A stretch of 64,000 bases of DNA from an uncultured Saprospiraceae bacterium (GTDB taxonomy: Bacteria > Bacteroidota > Bacteroidia > Chitinophagales > Saprospiraceae), in the NCBI GenBank assembly GCA_937980645.1, contig CALJPQ010000009.1, positions 54,018-118,017 of the forward strand, read 5' to 3'. The translations under genes were made by a program, and so were the position numbers. A model generated the notes under the pieces. The model was not told the origin of the DNA. It was given only the letters and a program-made list of their open reading frames with translations, and did not search any database. Of the stretch, positions 50,323 through 60,590 are shown piece by piece. Each line of letters opens with the position of its first letter. The first letter of the stretch is position 1.

Positions 50323-51741
50323 TCAGAACCACCAGGGCGAAGCTACGGGCTCTTTCTTGATGAGAAAAGCGCGTTGGCGCATGAATCGCTTGAGTGCGGC
50401 CGGACCCATGCGGGTGCCACCGATACCCGACATTTTGAAGGATTGTTTTTCGCCTTCGTGCACTAAGGCGGTCAGAGCACACTCATTGATGGAAATAGCG
50501 CCAGCTTCGATACGCTGCCCGATGCGCAGAGCGGTGGGCCAATCGCGGGCGAATACCGCTGCGCTCAGGCCGTAGATGGTGCTGTTGGCCAGTTGAACGG
50601 CTTCTTCCTCAGTATGGAAAGGCATCACCGGGATGAGAGGGCCGAAAGTTTCTTCCGTCATTACCTTCATGGTGTGGTTGACGCCTGTCAGTACCGTAGG
50701 TCGGCAGTACCAGCCTCCACCCAGGTTTTCGCACTGTTGGCTACCTGTGATTATGCGAGCGCCCTTTTCTATGGCGTCGCGCAGGTGTTCGTTAATGATG
50801 TGCACTTGTCGTTCAGAGATGACCGGGCCAATCTGGCCATCTTCAGGAGTAGGATAGGCCAGGCGGACATTTTCAGCGCGTTGTTTCAGTTTTTCTAAAA
50901 ACTCCTCCTGAATGCTCTCCTGCACGTACACCCGCTCGATGGACAGACATGATTGGCCGCAGTTGACCGTACTGCCCCAGAGGATGGAAGCCGCGGCATG
51001 CTCTAAGTTAGCTCCCTCGAATACCAGAGCCGGGTCTTTTCCACCTAACTCTAAAAAGCAGGGAATAAAACGTTCGGCACAGGCGGCATACACTTTTTGG
51101 CCTGTAGCGACGCTGCCTGTGAAGCACACCAGGTCCACCAGGTCAATGAGTTGTGCACCTGTACTGCCGTCGCCGGCAACAAAGAGAAGTATATCGCGCA
51201 GCAGCGGTACCTCGCGCACGGAGGCCATAAGGGGCTCGATGAAGCGCGGAGTGATTTCGCTGGGTTTCACCACTGCGCTGCAGCCGGCCAGCAGGGCGGG
51301 CAAAGTATCTATCAGGCCCAGTAAGAGCGGAAAATTCCATGGGCTAATGACGCCCACGACCGGGATAGGCTGCACATCCTGCCGAATGTGTATGAAAGGA
51401 ATAGCACTCCCTTTGTCCGGCGTTTCCTGGAAGAAGTTTTCAGCCAGCCGGCACCAGCGGTCAATGCTTTGGCCGATGAGTTGGGCTTCCAGCACGCTTT
51501 CGTGGTGGCGGCCGGTGTCCAGCGTGAGGGCTTCGATAAGGGTGGGCAGGTGGTGTTGGAGCGCCGCCTTCCAGGTTTGCAGGGTGGCGATGCGTTCATG
51601 CAAAGGCAATCGTGCCCACATGTGCTGATGATGGCGCAGGTGGGCTACGGCTTGTTGCAGCTCTTCGCGTTCAGGTAGGTTGAAGTAGTAGTCCACCTGA
51701 CCAGTGCGCGGGTTGCGGACAGGATATTTCGCTGTGCTCAT
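50323..51741 (-). CDS. Aldehyde dehydrogenase family protein
   Basis: 472 aa with FLELGGKDPALVF and VNCGQSCLSIERVYV (catalytic Cys) and GSTGAG-type NAD-binding motifs. Confidence 0.9.
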   Translation of the reverse strand: MSTAKYPVRNPRTGQVDYYFNLPEREELQQAVAHLRHHQHMWARLPLHERIATLQTWKAALQHHLPTLIEALTLDTGRHHESVLEAQLIGQSIDRWCRLAENFFQETPDKGSAIPFIHIRQDVQPIPVVGVISPWNFPLLLGLIDTLPALLAGCSAVVKPSEITPRFIEPLMASVREVPLLRDILLFVAGDGSTGAQLIDLVDLVCFTGSVATGQKVYAACAERFIPCFLELGGKDPALVFEGANLEHAAASILWGSTVNCGQSCLSIERVYVQESIQEEFLEKLKQRAENVRLAYPTPEDGQIGPVISERQVHIINEHLRDAIEKGARIITGSQQCENLGGGWYCRPTVLTGVNHTMKVMTEETFGPLIPVMPFHTEEEAVQLANSTIYGLSAAVFARDWPTALRIGQRIEAGAISINECALTALVHEGEKQSFKMSGIGGTRMGPAALKRFMRQRAFLIKKEPVASPWWF

Positions 51742-52682
51742 GGGTCGCTGATGAGGGTCCAGCCGGAGACCACTTTTCGGATGTTGATGCCAATACGGCG
51801 TGCGGCCGGGTCGGCCCAGGTATAGGCTACGGCGCGGCTGTTCCAGTGCAGTTGTTCGGGAGGGTCAGTGTAAATGGCCAATTTCATAATAGGCGTGCGT
51901 CGGCTATGCACCAGCTGTGTGAGTTCTACGGTGTATTCGCCAGCGGCACCGTCAGGGAAGAGCAGTTGAGCAGCATCGCCTTGGTCGTGCAGCGTCAAAC
52001 CGGCGAAGAAATATACGCTGTCGGGGCGCACGTGGTCCATGGGGTACTGTATCCACCCACGGAAGAAGCGGCATTTGAGCAGGCGATAAGGTTCGTTATC
52101 GGGTTGTTCAAAAAGGCCTTTATCGAGGAGCCAGAACGTGTCTTTTTTGAGTACAAAAGACGAGGTGCCGTCCGACGACTGGCCGAGGAAGGCGCCTTCT
52201 TTAAAATGCCAGCGAATGGGTGCCGGTAGTGTCCCGAGGGTGCTTTCAGCGCGCAACGGAGAAAAGTCCGTCCGCCATTGGCCATCGGGTAATTCCTCGA
52301 GGTGCATGGCGTATCGCGCCAGCAGGCGGCGGCGGTTACCTTCATAATGTTCTACGCGCCATACCCATGGTCCGGCTGCGGTATCGCGTTCGAACACACT
52401 GTGCACATGTCGGTGCGGGTGAGCCGTCGGTACGCGATGGCTTTCCGTTTCTGTGTTTTCCATCCAGCATTGCTGAAAGTTGTCCCACTCGCCGCTGATG
52501 TAGCGGGCAAATACGTCGGCAGGGCTTTGCGCACGCAGAGCAATGCCCCATAGCCAACCTGTTAGCACAACGAATACCGCTTTGCGAAACACCAAAAGGG
52601 TATCTGCTTTTTTCGGATACCTTTTCTGGGTCTGGGTCAAAATTCCTCCTTTGATCTCTGGTTGTTTTAGGACATTATGCAT
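51738..52682 (-). CDS. Hypothetical exported protein, CpcT/CpeT (DUF1001)-like lipocalin-fold candidate
   Basis: 314 aa with a hydrophobic N-terminal segment. FARYISGEWDNFQQ...HPHRHVH resembles the GDFSNxxQ...H motif of CpcT/CpeT. ATGA overlap with the ALDH gene. Confidence 0.45.
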   Translation of the reverse strand: MHNVLKQPEIKGGILTQTQKRYPKKADTLLVFRKAVFVVLTGWLWGIALRAQSPADVFARYISGEWDNFQQCWMENTETESHRVPTAHPHRHVHSVFERDTAAGPWVWRVEHYEGNRRRLLARYAMHLEELPDGQWRTDFSPLRAESTLGTLPAPIRWHFKEGAFLGQSSDGTSSFVLKKDTFWLLDKGLFEQPDNEPYRLLKCRFFRGWIQYPMDHVRPDSVYFFAGLTLHDQGDAAQLLFPDGAAGEYTVELTQLVHSRRTPIMKLAIYTDPPEQLHWNSRAVAYTWADPAARRIGINIRKVVSGWTLISDP

Positions 52683-52688
52683 GGCTCG

Positions 52689-53129
52689 TCATTCTTGTTT
52701 TTTCAGCCAATCTCCGATGCCATAGGGGTCGGGCAAGGCACCCGATACGTGCTCGTGTCGGATACGCCACTGACCGGAAGTAGCATCGGGCACCAGCACG
52801 AAGGTGGCCCGAAATGTGTTTTCAAAGGCGCGTCCTGACACGCTAACGCGCAGTCGGATGATGCCGGCCACCCAAGCCATCGTGTCCGTCTGTTGGTGGA
52901 AGGGGCCTTCCAGCCACTCGATGCCCAGCAATTCGATGGCTGACTGGCAAAAGTCCGTCCAGCCTTTTTTGATTTTTTCAAAACCTATCGTCGTCAGTCG
53001 TGGACCTTCCAGAATGACATAGGTTTCTTCCGACGGCACATATTTATTTAGGATTCCGGGCAGGTCTTTGTTCACGATGGCCTGGTAGTGGCCGGTAATG
53101 GTTTCCAATGCGCTTTGCACAGCGGTCAT
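52689..53129 (-). CDS. SnoaL-like / NTF2-fold protein
   Basis: 146 aa with a cone-fold-like pattern, ending ...GQWRIRHEHVS, typical of the SnoaL/DUF4440 families. Confidence 0.6.
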   Translation of the reverse strand: MTAVQSALETITGHYQAIVNKDLPGILNKYVPSEETYVILEGPRLTTIGFEKIKKGWTDFCQSAIELLGIEWLEGPFHQQTDTMAWVAGIIRLRVSVSGRAFENTFRATFVLVPDATSGQWRIRHEHVSGALPDPYGIGDWLKKQE

Positions 53130-53136
53130 AGCGTGT

Positions 53137-54354
53137 CTATTTTGGTTTCCAGCCGCCGAACACGTTCCAGATGGGCGAGCGTCCGTAGTCTTCGCGCACC
53201 TGGGTGCCGTTGGGTTGGTCTAAGTCGTTGACGGCTCGCACGCCTACCTGCATGAAGTTGGCTCGTGGGATACCGGCCTCTTCCATGAGGTCTTCAGGCT
53301 GCAGGTCGTGCATGTGGCCCCAATATGGCTCGGCGTTGTAGTAGGCGTCCCAGTCGCGCATAAATTGCTCGAAGTAAGACATTTCTGGCGTGTATTGTGG
53401 CTGTTCGATGTGCAGGGTTAGCCCACCGGGTGCCAGTACCCGACCGATTTCTTTGAAGATTTTGTGGATGGCTTTGCCGCCAGTTTCGTGGAGGAACATG
53501 GTGGTTTGCACCCAATCGAAGTAGCCATCGGGAAACTCGCTCATGTCTTCAGCGTCCATTTGCACGAAGCGTACGTTCGTGATGCCCAGAGCGATAGCAC
53601 GTGCAGCGCCGTAGCGCAACATGGGTGCGCCGGCGTCAATGGCCCACACTTCGGCATCGGGGAAGGCTTCGGCAATGGGCAAGGTATTGTGGCCCAGCCC
53701 ACAGCCGATATCCAGGATACGTTTAGGCTTGAAGTCGGGGTAGTTTTCGCGTACCCATTTGGCGATAGCGCGGCCGCCGCCATCGGTGAGGCTGCCCAAC
53801 ATGCCGCCGCTGGTAACGAACAGGCCGCTGTCGTAGTTGGCGGCATTAGCCACATCGCCCTCAAAATATTGGGTGTGGTAGCTGCCCGGCATCAGGTGGT
53901 TGTCCACGTGGCGCAGGTAGCGGGGTACTTCAAAGCCTGGCCTCAGGCGCAAGATATCTTCGTGCCCTTTCAAGGTATCTTGCACGCGCTGGGCCAGCTC
54001 CTCGGCTTGGCGCAACACCACAGCCCTTCCGTTTTGCTGGCGCATTTCCATGGTGCAGCGGCGCAGTGCCGCCCACATCTGGTAGTACGCATCGCGGCTG
54101 ATGGCCTCGCGCAGCTCGTGGCGGTTCTGAAAGGTGCGGCCGTGTTCGGCTTTGAATGCAGGTTCCACCCGACGCTCGTAGGCCACCTGTACGCCCGGGG
54201 CGATGACCGTGGACAGGTATCGGTTCAGATTGGCCAGGAAGTTGTAGCGAGCACGCTCGTCGTGCGTAAAGTGCGGAAATACCGCGTGTTGCTTCAGCTT
54301 CGTCCATACGGGCGGAAGCGAATAGCCTATCGAATTTTGCCTGTTGTCTCCCAT
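53137..54354 (-). CDS. Class I SAM-dependent methyltransferase with about 190-aa N-terminal extension
   Basis: Motif I ILDIGCGLGHNTLPIA, post-I AIDAG, and ...FDWVQTTMFLHE... Confidence 0.8.
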   Translation of the reverse strand: MGDNRQNSIGYSLPPVWTKLKQHAVFPHFTHDERARYNFLANLNRYLSTVIAPGVQVAYERRVEPAFKAEHGRTFQNRHELREAISRDAYYQMWAALRRCTMEMRQQNGRAVVLRQAEELAQRVQDTLKGHEDILRLRPGFEVPRYLRHVDNHLMPGSYHTQYFEGDVANAANYDSGLFVTSGGMLGSLTDGGGRAIAKWVRENYPDFKPKRILDIGCGLGHNTLPIAEAFPDAEVWAIDAGAPMLRYGAARAIALGITNVRFVQMDAEDMSEFPDGYFDWVQTTMFLHETGGKAIHKIFKEIGRVLAPGGLTLHIEQPQYTPEMSYFEQFMRDWDAYYNAEPYWGHMHDLQPEDLMEEAGIPRANFMQVGVRAVNDLDQPNGTQVREDYGRSPIWNVFGGWKPK

Positions 54355-54402
54355 ATTTTTTGTTTTTAATTGTGTGAAATCATACTTGTCGTTTTCGGTG
54401 GT

Positions 54403-55089
54403 CTATTGAGTTCTCAGGTAAATAATCGGCGTGTCGTAGGGTGTCAGTCGTTGCCCGTCTTTTTCCAGTAGTTCCATTACCTCCAGTCGGCCGGGGGTGA
54501 ATTTTTCGATGAGCGTGAAGCGCATGCCGTTGCCCCAGTCGTTGGGAGCGTAGATGGTGAAGGTATCCTTGCCGTTGAAGGTGTATTCGGCAGGTTTGAA
54601 GCGCGGGCTGATGCGCAAATCATTGTAGTTCAGCATCAGGTTAGGGTTATTGTTGGTCAGCTGTTCCATGGGCAGGTGGTCGGGCAACTGGTAAGCATAC
54701 AGGCGCACCGTGCGTGCATCTACGGCTTCGAAGAAGAACAGATGATGATTGATTTTGTGCGTGCCATCGGGCATGTCGTAGTAGCTTTCTTCGATAAGCC
54801 AAAAGCCGGTTCGCGGCGGTGCATTTTGGATGCGGTGGTCGGCGATGCGGTTGACGTGTCGGGCCAGAGGGTGTACCTGCTTTCCTGCAGCGCGCTCAGC
54901 TTCCACCTGCTGGCGGTTATCGAAGTCGCCGACGATATAGCTTTTGAACACGTCAATCGCTTGTGGCGAGGTCGCACCAGGCATCCGTGATTTGCATGAG
55001 AAAAAGGCAGCCACCATAAGCAAGAGGAAGAATGTCTGGAAGGGAGTAGCGAGCATGCCGGCGCAGTCGAGAAGGTCTTGTTTCACCAT
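54403..55089 (-). CDS. Hypothetical lipoprotein, CpcT/CpeT (DUF1001)-like candidate
   Basis: Signal/lipobox FLLLMVAAFFSC. FKSYIVGDFDNRQQ...HPLARHV and the C-terminal ...IIYLR resemble the CpcT/CpeT layout. Confidence 0.45.
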   Translation of the reverse strand: MVKQDLLDCAGMLATPFQTFFLLLMVAAFFSCKSRMPGATSPQAIDVFKSYIVGDFDNRQQVEAERAAGKQVHPLARHVNRIADHRIQNAPPRTGFWLIEESYYDMPDGTHKINHHLFFFEAVDARTVRLYAYQLPDHLPMEQLTNNNPNLMLNYNDLRISPRFKPAEYTFNGKDTFTIYAPNDWGNGMRFTLIEKFTPGRLEVMELLEKDGQRLTPYDTPIIYLRTQ

Positions 55090-55097
55090 GTTATTTC

Positions 55098-55457
55098 CTA
55101 CATCTCGTTAATTTCATCGGCGATCTGGTGCATGGGTTTGTTGTCTTCCGGGTTAGCCACAGCATCCAGTTCCTGCTTGACGATGCGCAAAATGCGCGCT
55201 GCATAGCGGGCGTGCCACAGCTGGCGTTCTTCCGCCTGCTCGTCAGTGGGGACAAAGCCCTCAATTTCCGCCTGCGCAAGTATGCCTTTGGCTTCCAGCA
55301 GGCGCTCGATGGTGTCTATGCGTTCGCGGATAACGGCCACTTCCGTGGCGATGGCCATAGCGATGTTCATCACGCGCTCGGCCATGGGGTCGTCGAAGAA
55401 GTAGGGCCGCGCGCCTTTTGCTTTGTCGCTGCCCATTACGATGTCGTTGAGTTTCAT
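55098..55457 (-). CDS. Hypothetical small helical protein
   Basis: 119-aa intact ORF, tightly packed between cluster genes. No recognisable family. Confidence 0.45.
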   Translation of the reverse strand: MKLNDIVMGSDKAKGARPYFFDDPMAERVMNIAMAIATEVAVIRERIDTIERLLEAKGILAQAEIEGFVPTDEQAEERQLWHARYAARILRIVKQELDAVANPEDNKPMHQIADEINEM

Positions 55458-55554
55458 GGCAGAAAGTGTTTTTTTGATAGAATAAGATGCTTTTTATGCG
55501 CAAGCAATGGTTGCCAGATGCTGCTACGGGTTTTCGCCCTGCTTTCCAATGGCT

Positions 55555-57027
55555 TTAATGGCGCCACAGGTACTGTCCGCCTGGCTCGCCCTGGATGACG
55601 CCGTTGTTGTAAATGTGTTGGCCGCGCAAGAAGGTGTGTTTGACGCGGCCGGTGAGCGTCATTCCCTCAAAGGGCGTGTAGCCCTGGGCGCTTTCCGACT
55701 CGGCGGCGAGCACGGTGAAGGTTTCGTTCGGGTCGAGCAGTACAATGTCGCCATCGTAGCCCGGAGCGATGTCGCCCTTTTGGCGCAGGCCATAGCGTTG
55801 GGCAGGGTTCCAGCACACCAATTGCGCCATGTGCTGGTAGGTCATGCCGCGTTTGCTGCCTTCTGAAAACAGGCCTGAAAGCAGGTATTCGGTTCCGCCA
55901 AAGCCTGATTTGGCCAGAAAGATGTTGTCTGGGTTGTTTTTGTCCAGTTTGAATTCGTGCGAGCAACAGGCGTGGTCGCTGACTACCCAGTCAATTTTAC
56001 CTTCCAGCAGGCATTGCCACAGGTACTCGACGTCTTCACGTGAGCGGATGGGTGGGTTCACTTTGGCGTAGCCTCCGGCCGGCGAGTCGTAGTCGAGCAG
56101 CAGATGGCCGATAGTTACCTCGCGGCGGAAGTTGATGTGCGGAAACACCTGTTCCATCATCAAGGCGGCATCTATGGCCTTGCGCGAAGTGAGGTGCAGC
56201 AAATTGATATTCATGCAGTCCGTCTCGTGGGCCAGATACGAAGCGATGAAGATGGCCAGCCCTTCCGAATGCGGCGGTCGGCTGGCCGAATAGGCGCGCA
56301 GGCCTTTGAGCTTGCCTTCGCGTTCCACGATTTCCGTATAAGCGCGCATGATTTCAGCCGTTTCGCAGTGCAGGCTCAGGCTGATGATATCGCTTCGGTC
56401 CGGGAAGGCATCCATGGCCCGGCGAATGCCGCGCATGATGAATTCGAAGTGGGCAATATCGTAGTGTTCACCTTCGGGCGTCATCAGGAACTCGTTCTGG
56501 CTGCCTTTAGTAGCCTTGCCGTGCAGGCCGTGTGAGCCGTAGAACATGAAAATTTTGAAGGAAGTAACGCCAAAGAACTCGATGAGCGGCTCAATTTCCT
56601 CGATGTGGCTGTACTGGATGGGGGCTATGTGGTAGCCGTAGTCCACATAAAAGTTGCCGCGAGAGAGGTTCAGCACTTCGGGCATAAAGTCCCGGTAGGG
56701 GCCGCCTTTATTGAGGTAATAGCGACCCGTACGGATATAGTTGAGACTGCTGGTAACGCCGCCCATAGCAGCGGCGCGGCTTTCCGTGCGAGCGTCCTGG
56801 TCGAGCGGGCTGTAGATGCCCGTGTGCATGTGGGCATCGGTGAGGCCCGGGAAGGCTAACAAGCCTGCGGCGTCGAAGACCTGAGCATCGTCTGAGATGG
56901 GCAGGGAGGGTTCCACTTCCACAATTTTGCCTTCGAGGATGCGAATGTCCCTTTGTTCCACTTCAGGCGTGTGTGGACGGACGACGCGCGCATTTTTAAG
57001 GATGAGATGAGTGCTTTGTTGTGCCAT
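55555..57027 (-). CDS. Cyclic amidohydrolase (dihydropyrimidinase/hydantoinase-like)
   Basis: 490 aa. GLTDAHMHTG (HxH), SFKIFMFY (carboxylated-Lys position), LHCE, LLHLTS and VVSDHACC (Asp-His) follow the metal-ligand order of the family. Confidence 0.8.
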   Translation of the reverse strand: MAQQSTHLILKNARVVRPHTPEVEQRDIRILEGKIVEVEPSLPISDDAQVFDAAGLLAFPGLTDAHMHTGIYSPLDQDARTESRAAAMGGVTSSLNYIRTGRYYLNKGGPYRDFMPEVLNLSRGNFYVDYGYHIAPIQYSHIEEIEPLIEFFGVTSFKIFMFYGSHGLHGKATKGSQNEFLMTPEGEHYDIAHFEFIMRGIRRAMDAFPDRSDIISLSLHCETAEIMRAYTEIVEREGKLKGLRAYSASRPPHSEGLAIFIASYLAHETDCMNINLLHLTSRKAIDAALMMEQVFPHINFRREVTIGHLLLDYDSPAGGYAKVNPPIRSREDVEYLWQCLLEGKIDWVVSDHACCSHEFKLDKNNPDNIFLAKSGFGGTEYLLSGLFSEGSKRGMTYQHMAQLVCWNPAQRYGLRQKGDIAPGYDGDIVLLDPNETFTVLAAESESAQGYTPFEGMTLTGRVKHTFLRGQHIYNNGVIQGEPGGQYLWRH

Positions 57028-57098
57028 TTTATGCTTCGTCTTTCTTTCTTGCTGGCGGGTGAACGGCCCAAAAACCAGAATGTGTTTATAGCGATTTG

Positions 57099-58223
57099 TC
57101 AGGTGTTGAGGCGTCTGAGTATTTCCTCATTGTGCTCGCCAATGGCCGGTGGGTCAAGGCGTTTTTGTGCTCGTTGGTTGCCGTATAGCAGCGGCAGGTT
57201 GGGCAATGGCGCCGTGCGTCCATCGGGCAGGCGCACTTCGAGCAGGTTTTGGCCCTGGCGCAGGTGCGGGTCATCAAAGAGGTCTTCAGGCCGCGCGATG
57301 GGGGCAAAGGGGATACCGGCTGCCTCGCATTTTTCTATAATCTCTGCTTTAGTAAACCGGGCGAAGCGCTCGCGCAGGGCAGGCTGAAACCACTCGCGTT
57401 CGGCAATGCGCTGGTTGTTGGTGGCTAAGCGTGGGTCGTTGAGCCAGTCCGTCCAGTCAAAGGCGTGGCACAGCTTTTCCCAATGCTTTTCGCTGATGAC
57501 ACCCACGAAGACGCGCTCGTCATCGGCTGTTTCAAAGATGGAATAGATGCTCCAGGCGCTCACACGCGCGGGCATGGGCGGTACAGGCTCTTGGCTGATG
57601 GCACCGTAGGCCATGTGCTGTCCCATGAGGAAGGCTGTGGTTTCAAACAGGGAAGCCTGTACAAACTTGCCCTGTCCGGTCTTTTGGCGTTCTAGTAGCG
57701 CCAAAAGGATGCCGATGAGACCAAACATGCCGCCGGTGATGTCCACAATAGAGCTGCCGGCGCGCAACGGGTCGCCAGGGCGGCCTGTCATGTAGGCCAG
57801 CCCACCCATCATTTGCACCACTTCGTCCATAGCATGCCGCTTTTCGTAAGGGCCGGGCATAAAGCCTTTGAGCGAGCAGTAGATAAGGCGCGGGTTCAGG
57901 GCTGCAAGGGCTTCATAGCCCATCCCTAAGCGCTCCATTGTGCCGGGCCCAAAGTTTTCCACCACCACATCGGCCTTTTGGGCCAGCCGCAGAAAGGTAT
58001 TTTTACCTTCTTCCGACTTCAGGTCGAGTGCCAGGCTTTTTTTGTTGCGATTGAAGAAGGTGAAATAGCCGGTGCCAAAGCCTTTGAGGCGGCGCGTAGG
58101 GTCGCCGTCGGGTGGTTCAATGTGGATTACCTCGGCGCCCATGTCGGCCAGCAGCAGGCTGGTGGTAGGGCCCATGACAGCGTGGGTGCAATCCAGTACC
58201 AGGATATCGCTCAGAACATTCAT
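57099..58223 (-). CDS. Family III CoA-transferase (CaiB/BaiF)
   Basis: ILVLDCTHAVMGPTTSLLLADMGAEVIHIEPPDGDPTR is the canonical N-terminus. Confidence 0.9.
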   Translation of the reverse strand: MNVLSDILVLDCTHAVMGPTTSLLLADMGAEVIHIEPPDGDPTRRLKGFGTGYFTFFNRNKKSLALDLKSEEGKNTFLRLAQKADVVVENFGPGTMERLGMGYEALAALNPRLIYCSLKGFMPGPYEKRHAMDEVVQMMGGLAYMTGRPGDPLRAGSSIVDITGGMFGLIGILLALLERQKTGQGKFVQASLFETTAFLMGQHMAYGAISQEPVPPMPARVSAWSIYSIFETADDERVFVGVISEKHWEKLCHAFDWTDWLNDPRLATNNQRIAEREWFQPALRERFARFTKAEIIEKCEAAGIPFAPIARPEDLFDDPHLRQGQNLLEVRLPDGRTAPLPNLPLLYGNQRAQKRLDPPAIGEHNEEILRRLNT

Positions 58224-58247
58224 AGCGCAAGGTTTGAAGCTGGTTTA

Positions 58248-59699
58248 TCAAGGTGAAGGGGTAAGCTGTTGGCCCAGCAGTCGTCCGAAGCTGATGGCTG
58301 GGGTAAGGGCCATGCCGCTACAGAAAGCATTTCCGCTGGTAGCGCCTAAGCCGATCATTTCCCCGATGGCGTACAAGCCGGGCAGTGGTTTTCCAGCGCT
58401 GTCGAGCACTTCAAAGTGGGTATTCACCCGAATACCGCCGAAAGTAACGAGCGAGGCTGCACAGATCTTCACGGCATAAAAGGGCGGCTGCTGAATAATA
58501 TTTTTCAGATAAGTGCGCCCCAGCTTTTCATCTACGCCGCGCGCTACGGCTCGATTGAAGGCCGCAACTTCTTCGACGACTGTCTTGGGAGGTAAACCGC
58601 AGGCAAGGGCTAGGTCTTCTATGCTTTGGGCGATGTGCACACCTTCGCCTTCTTGCGCGCGACGCAGGAAGCGCTCGCGCGACCAGCCGATAAGCAACGG
58701 GTTTTCCGAGCCGTCAGGGGCGCTCTCATCGAGGGCTGCCTGGTCGAATACAGCCCAGAAAAACCAGCCGGGCTGCTGCATCACCCAGCGCTCGCGCGTG
58801 TCGGCGTTGGGTTCGTCTTCGGGCATAAAGCGGCGCCCGTGGGCATTGAGGTAAATCTCGCGTGGTGGGCGATAGACGCTGGTGAGCACCATAGCCCAGG
58901 TGTCGTTGAAGTCCGTGAGGCCGCTGCGAGGTGGCGTTTCTAAGCCGCCAAGGCTGGGCAGATGGCACTCCGCAAAGCGGAAAGCAGCTCCTTTGCGCTC
59001 CAATAGTGCGATGCCATTGCCGTCAGCAGTCGGGTAGGCTGCACTCACAAGCGGTACACCAGAGTGTTTTTGCGCGAAAAAACGGTGCGAAGCTCCGTAG
59101 CCGCCGGTGGCAAACACGATATGCCGCGCTGAAATGTGCTGTTCGTAGCCGCCTACAATCGAGTCTATGACCACGGTGTCAAAGCGTTTACCTCGCGAGG
59201 CCACTACGTCTTTTGCCTCCGTAGCGAAGAGTGCCGTCAGGCGGTTTTCTCTTGCTAAGGCATTCCAGCGGCGTTGCAACACTTCGAGCACCGACAGCCC
59301 TTTGCGCAGCCCGTATACCGTACGCGGCACGCAATATGGCACATGACCATAGATAATGCGCGGGCATTCGGGGACGAACTCAAAGCCGCCGTCTTCCAGC
59401 CAGTCTATGGTTTTTGGGGCCTCTTCTGTGGCTAGGCGAATAAGGTCAGGGTCGCCTGTGTGGCCATTGATATCTAGGATTTCTTGCAAATGCTGTTGAG
59501 GGGAGTCCTCGATACCGGCCTGGCGTTGTCGCCGACAGCCGGCGGCGCTCATATGCCCGCCCGACCAGTGCAATGCGCCGCCGAGTCGTTCGGAGCGCTC
59601 CACCACCAACACCTGCAGACCGCGCTGGGCGGCCTCAATGGCACAGCTCATGCCGGCCGCACCGGCTCCAATGACAACGACATCCCAAGAGGCGCTCAT
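58248..59699 (-). CDS. FAD-dependent oxidoreductase (fumarate reductase / KstD-like flavoprotein)
   Basis: DVVVIGAGAAGMSCAIEAAQRGLQVLVVERSERLGGA dinucleotide-binding motif, and C-terminal GLYAIGEM... Confidence 0.85.
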   Translation of the reverse strand: MSASWDVVVIGAGAAGMSCAIEAAQRGLQVLVVERSERLGGALHWSGGHMSAAGCRRQRQAGIEDSPQQHLQEILDINGHTGDPDLIRLATEEAPKTIDWLEDGGFEFVPECPRIIYGHVPYCVPRTVYGLRKGLSVLEVLQRRWNALARENRLTALFATEAKDVVASRGKRFDTVVIDSIVGGYEQHISARHIVFATGGYGASHRFFAQKHSGVPLVSAAYPTADGNGIALLERKGAAFRFAECHLPSLGGLETPPRSGLTDFNDTWAMVLTSVYRPPREIYLNAHGRRFMPEDEPNADTRERWVMQQPGWFFWAVFDQAALDESAPDGSENPLLIGWSRERFLRRAQEGEGVHIAQSIEDLALACGLPPKTVVEEVAAFNRAVARGVDEKLGRTYLKNIIQQPPFYAVKICAASLVTFGGIRVNTHFEVLDSAGKPLPGLYAIGEMIGLGATSGNAFCSGMALTPAISFGRLLGQQLTPSP

Positions 59700-60529
59700 A
59701 GGTTGGCTGTTTGCGGTGAAAGTAATGCGTACTTAAGAAGGCTGTAGCGTTCGTTGAGGTCGCCTTCGCAACGTAAAAAGCGCACGTTGGGCGGCATAGG
59801 GAACGATGCCAGACGCTCCACGTAGGGCCGTACAATGCTGTGTTGCCAGATAACGAACGTCGCCGGCACACGCAGGGCCTGCACGTACTCGGCCCGCTCA
59901 TGCTCAAAAGCAGCGCGGTAGGCTATGTCGTAAGACTCGCCGGCCAGTAGCGTATCGCGGGCCATCGCCTGCACCTGGGCCAACGGTACGCCTGCTGGCA
60001 AAGGCGCCTCGTCCGGTACGCTCGTCCACGGGAAACCGATACACGTTTTGTAACACATCGTCCACAGGCTCAGCAAATGGCTGCCATCGGCCCGAGGCCT
60101 CAGGTCGGGGAAATACGTGCGGAACAACTCCGCCCGTTCGGCATCCTCAAAATGACAGGCGTTTTCGCCCACCAATCGTTCCACTTTTTCCGGGAAAGCC
60201 AGCGCAAAGGCGATAGCCAGCTGGCATCCTGTTGCCGTACCATACAGGCGCACGCGCTCCAGCCGCTTTTTTTTCAAAAAATCCAACAGGAAGGGCACGT
60301 AGTCTGACATCTGTTGGGGCTTTTGTGCCAGCGGGGCCGATAGCCCATAGCCCGGCAAATCGGGGGCGTACACCTCTGAAGCGTCTGCCAAAAAGTAGCC
60401 CAATCGCTCCATAAACGCGGATGAAAGCGGCGAGGGATGCAAAAGCACCACCGCAGGCTGCCCCATGGGGCGCCCAAAATGGCGGTAAAACACTTCGCCC
60501 GTTCTCAACCGAAGAAATCGCTTTTTCAT
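59696..60529 (-). CDS. Alpha/beta hydrolase
   Basis: 277 aa with VVLLHPSPLSS (HG-like oxyanion region) and nucleophile elbow LYGTATGCQ (G-x-nucleophile-x-G position). 4-bp overlap with the downstream gene. Confidence 0.7.
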   Translation of the reverse strand: MKKRFLRLRTGEVFYRHFGRPMGQPAVVLLHPSPLSSAFMERLGYFLADASEVYAPDLPGYGLSAPLAQKPQQMSDYVPFLLDFLKKKRLERVRLYGTATGCQLAIAFALAFPEKVERLVGENACHFEDAERAELFRTYFPDLRPRADGSHLLSLWTMCYKTCIGFPWTSVPDEAPLPAGVPLAQVQAMARDTLLAGESYDIAYRAAFEHERAEYVQALRVPATFVIWQHSIVRPYVERLASFPMPPNVRFLRCEGDLNERYSLLKYALLSPQTANL

Positions 60530-60590
60530 ACCCGTAACGGCTAAACTTGTTTAGCTCCAGTAACCGCCAAACTTGTTTGGCAAAATTTCA

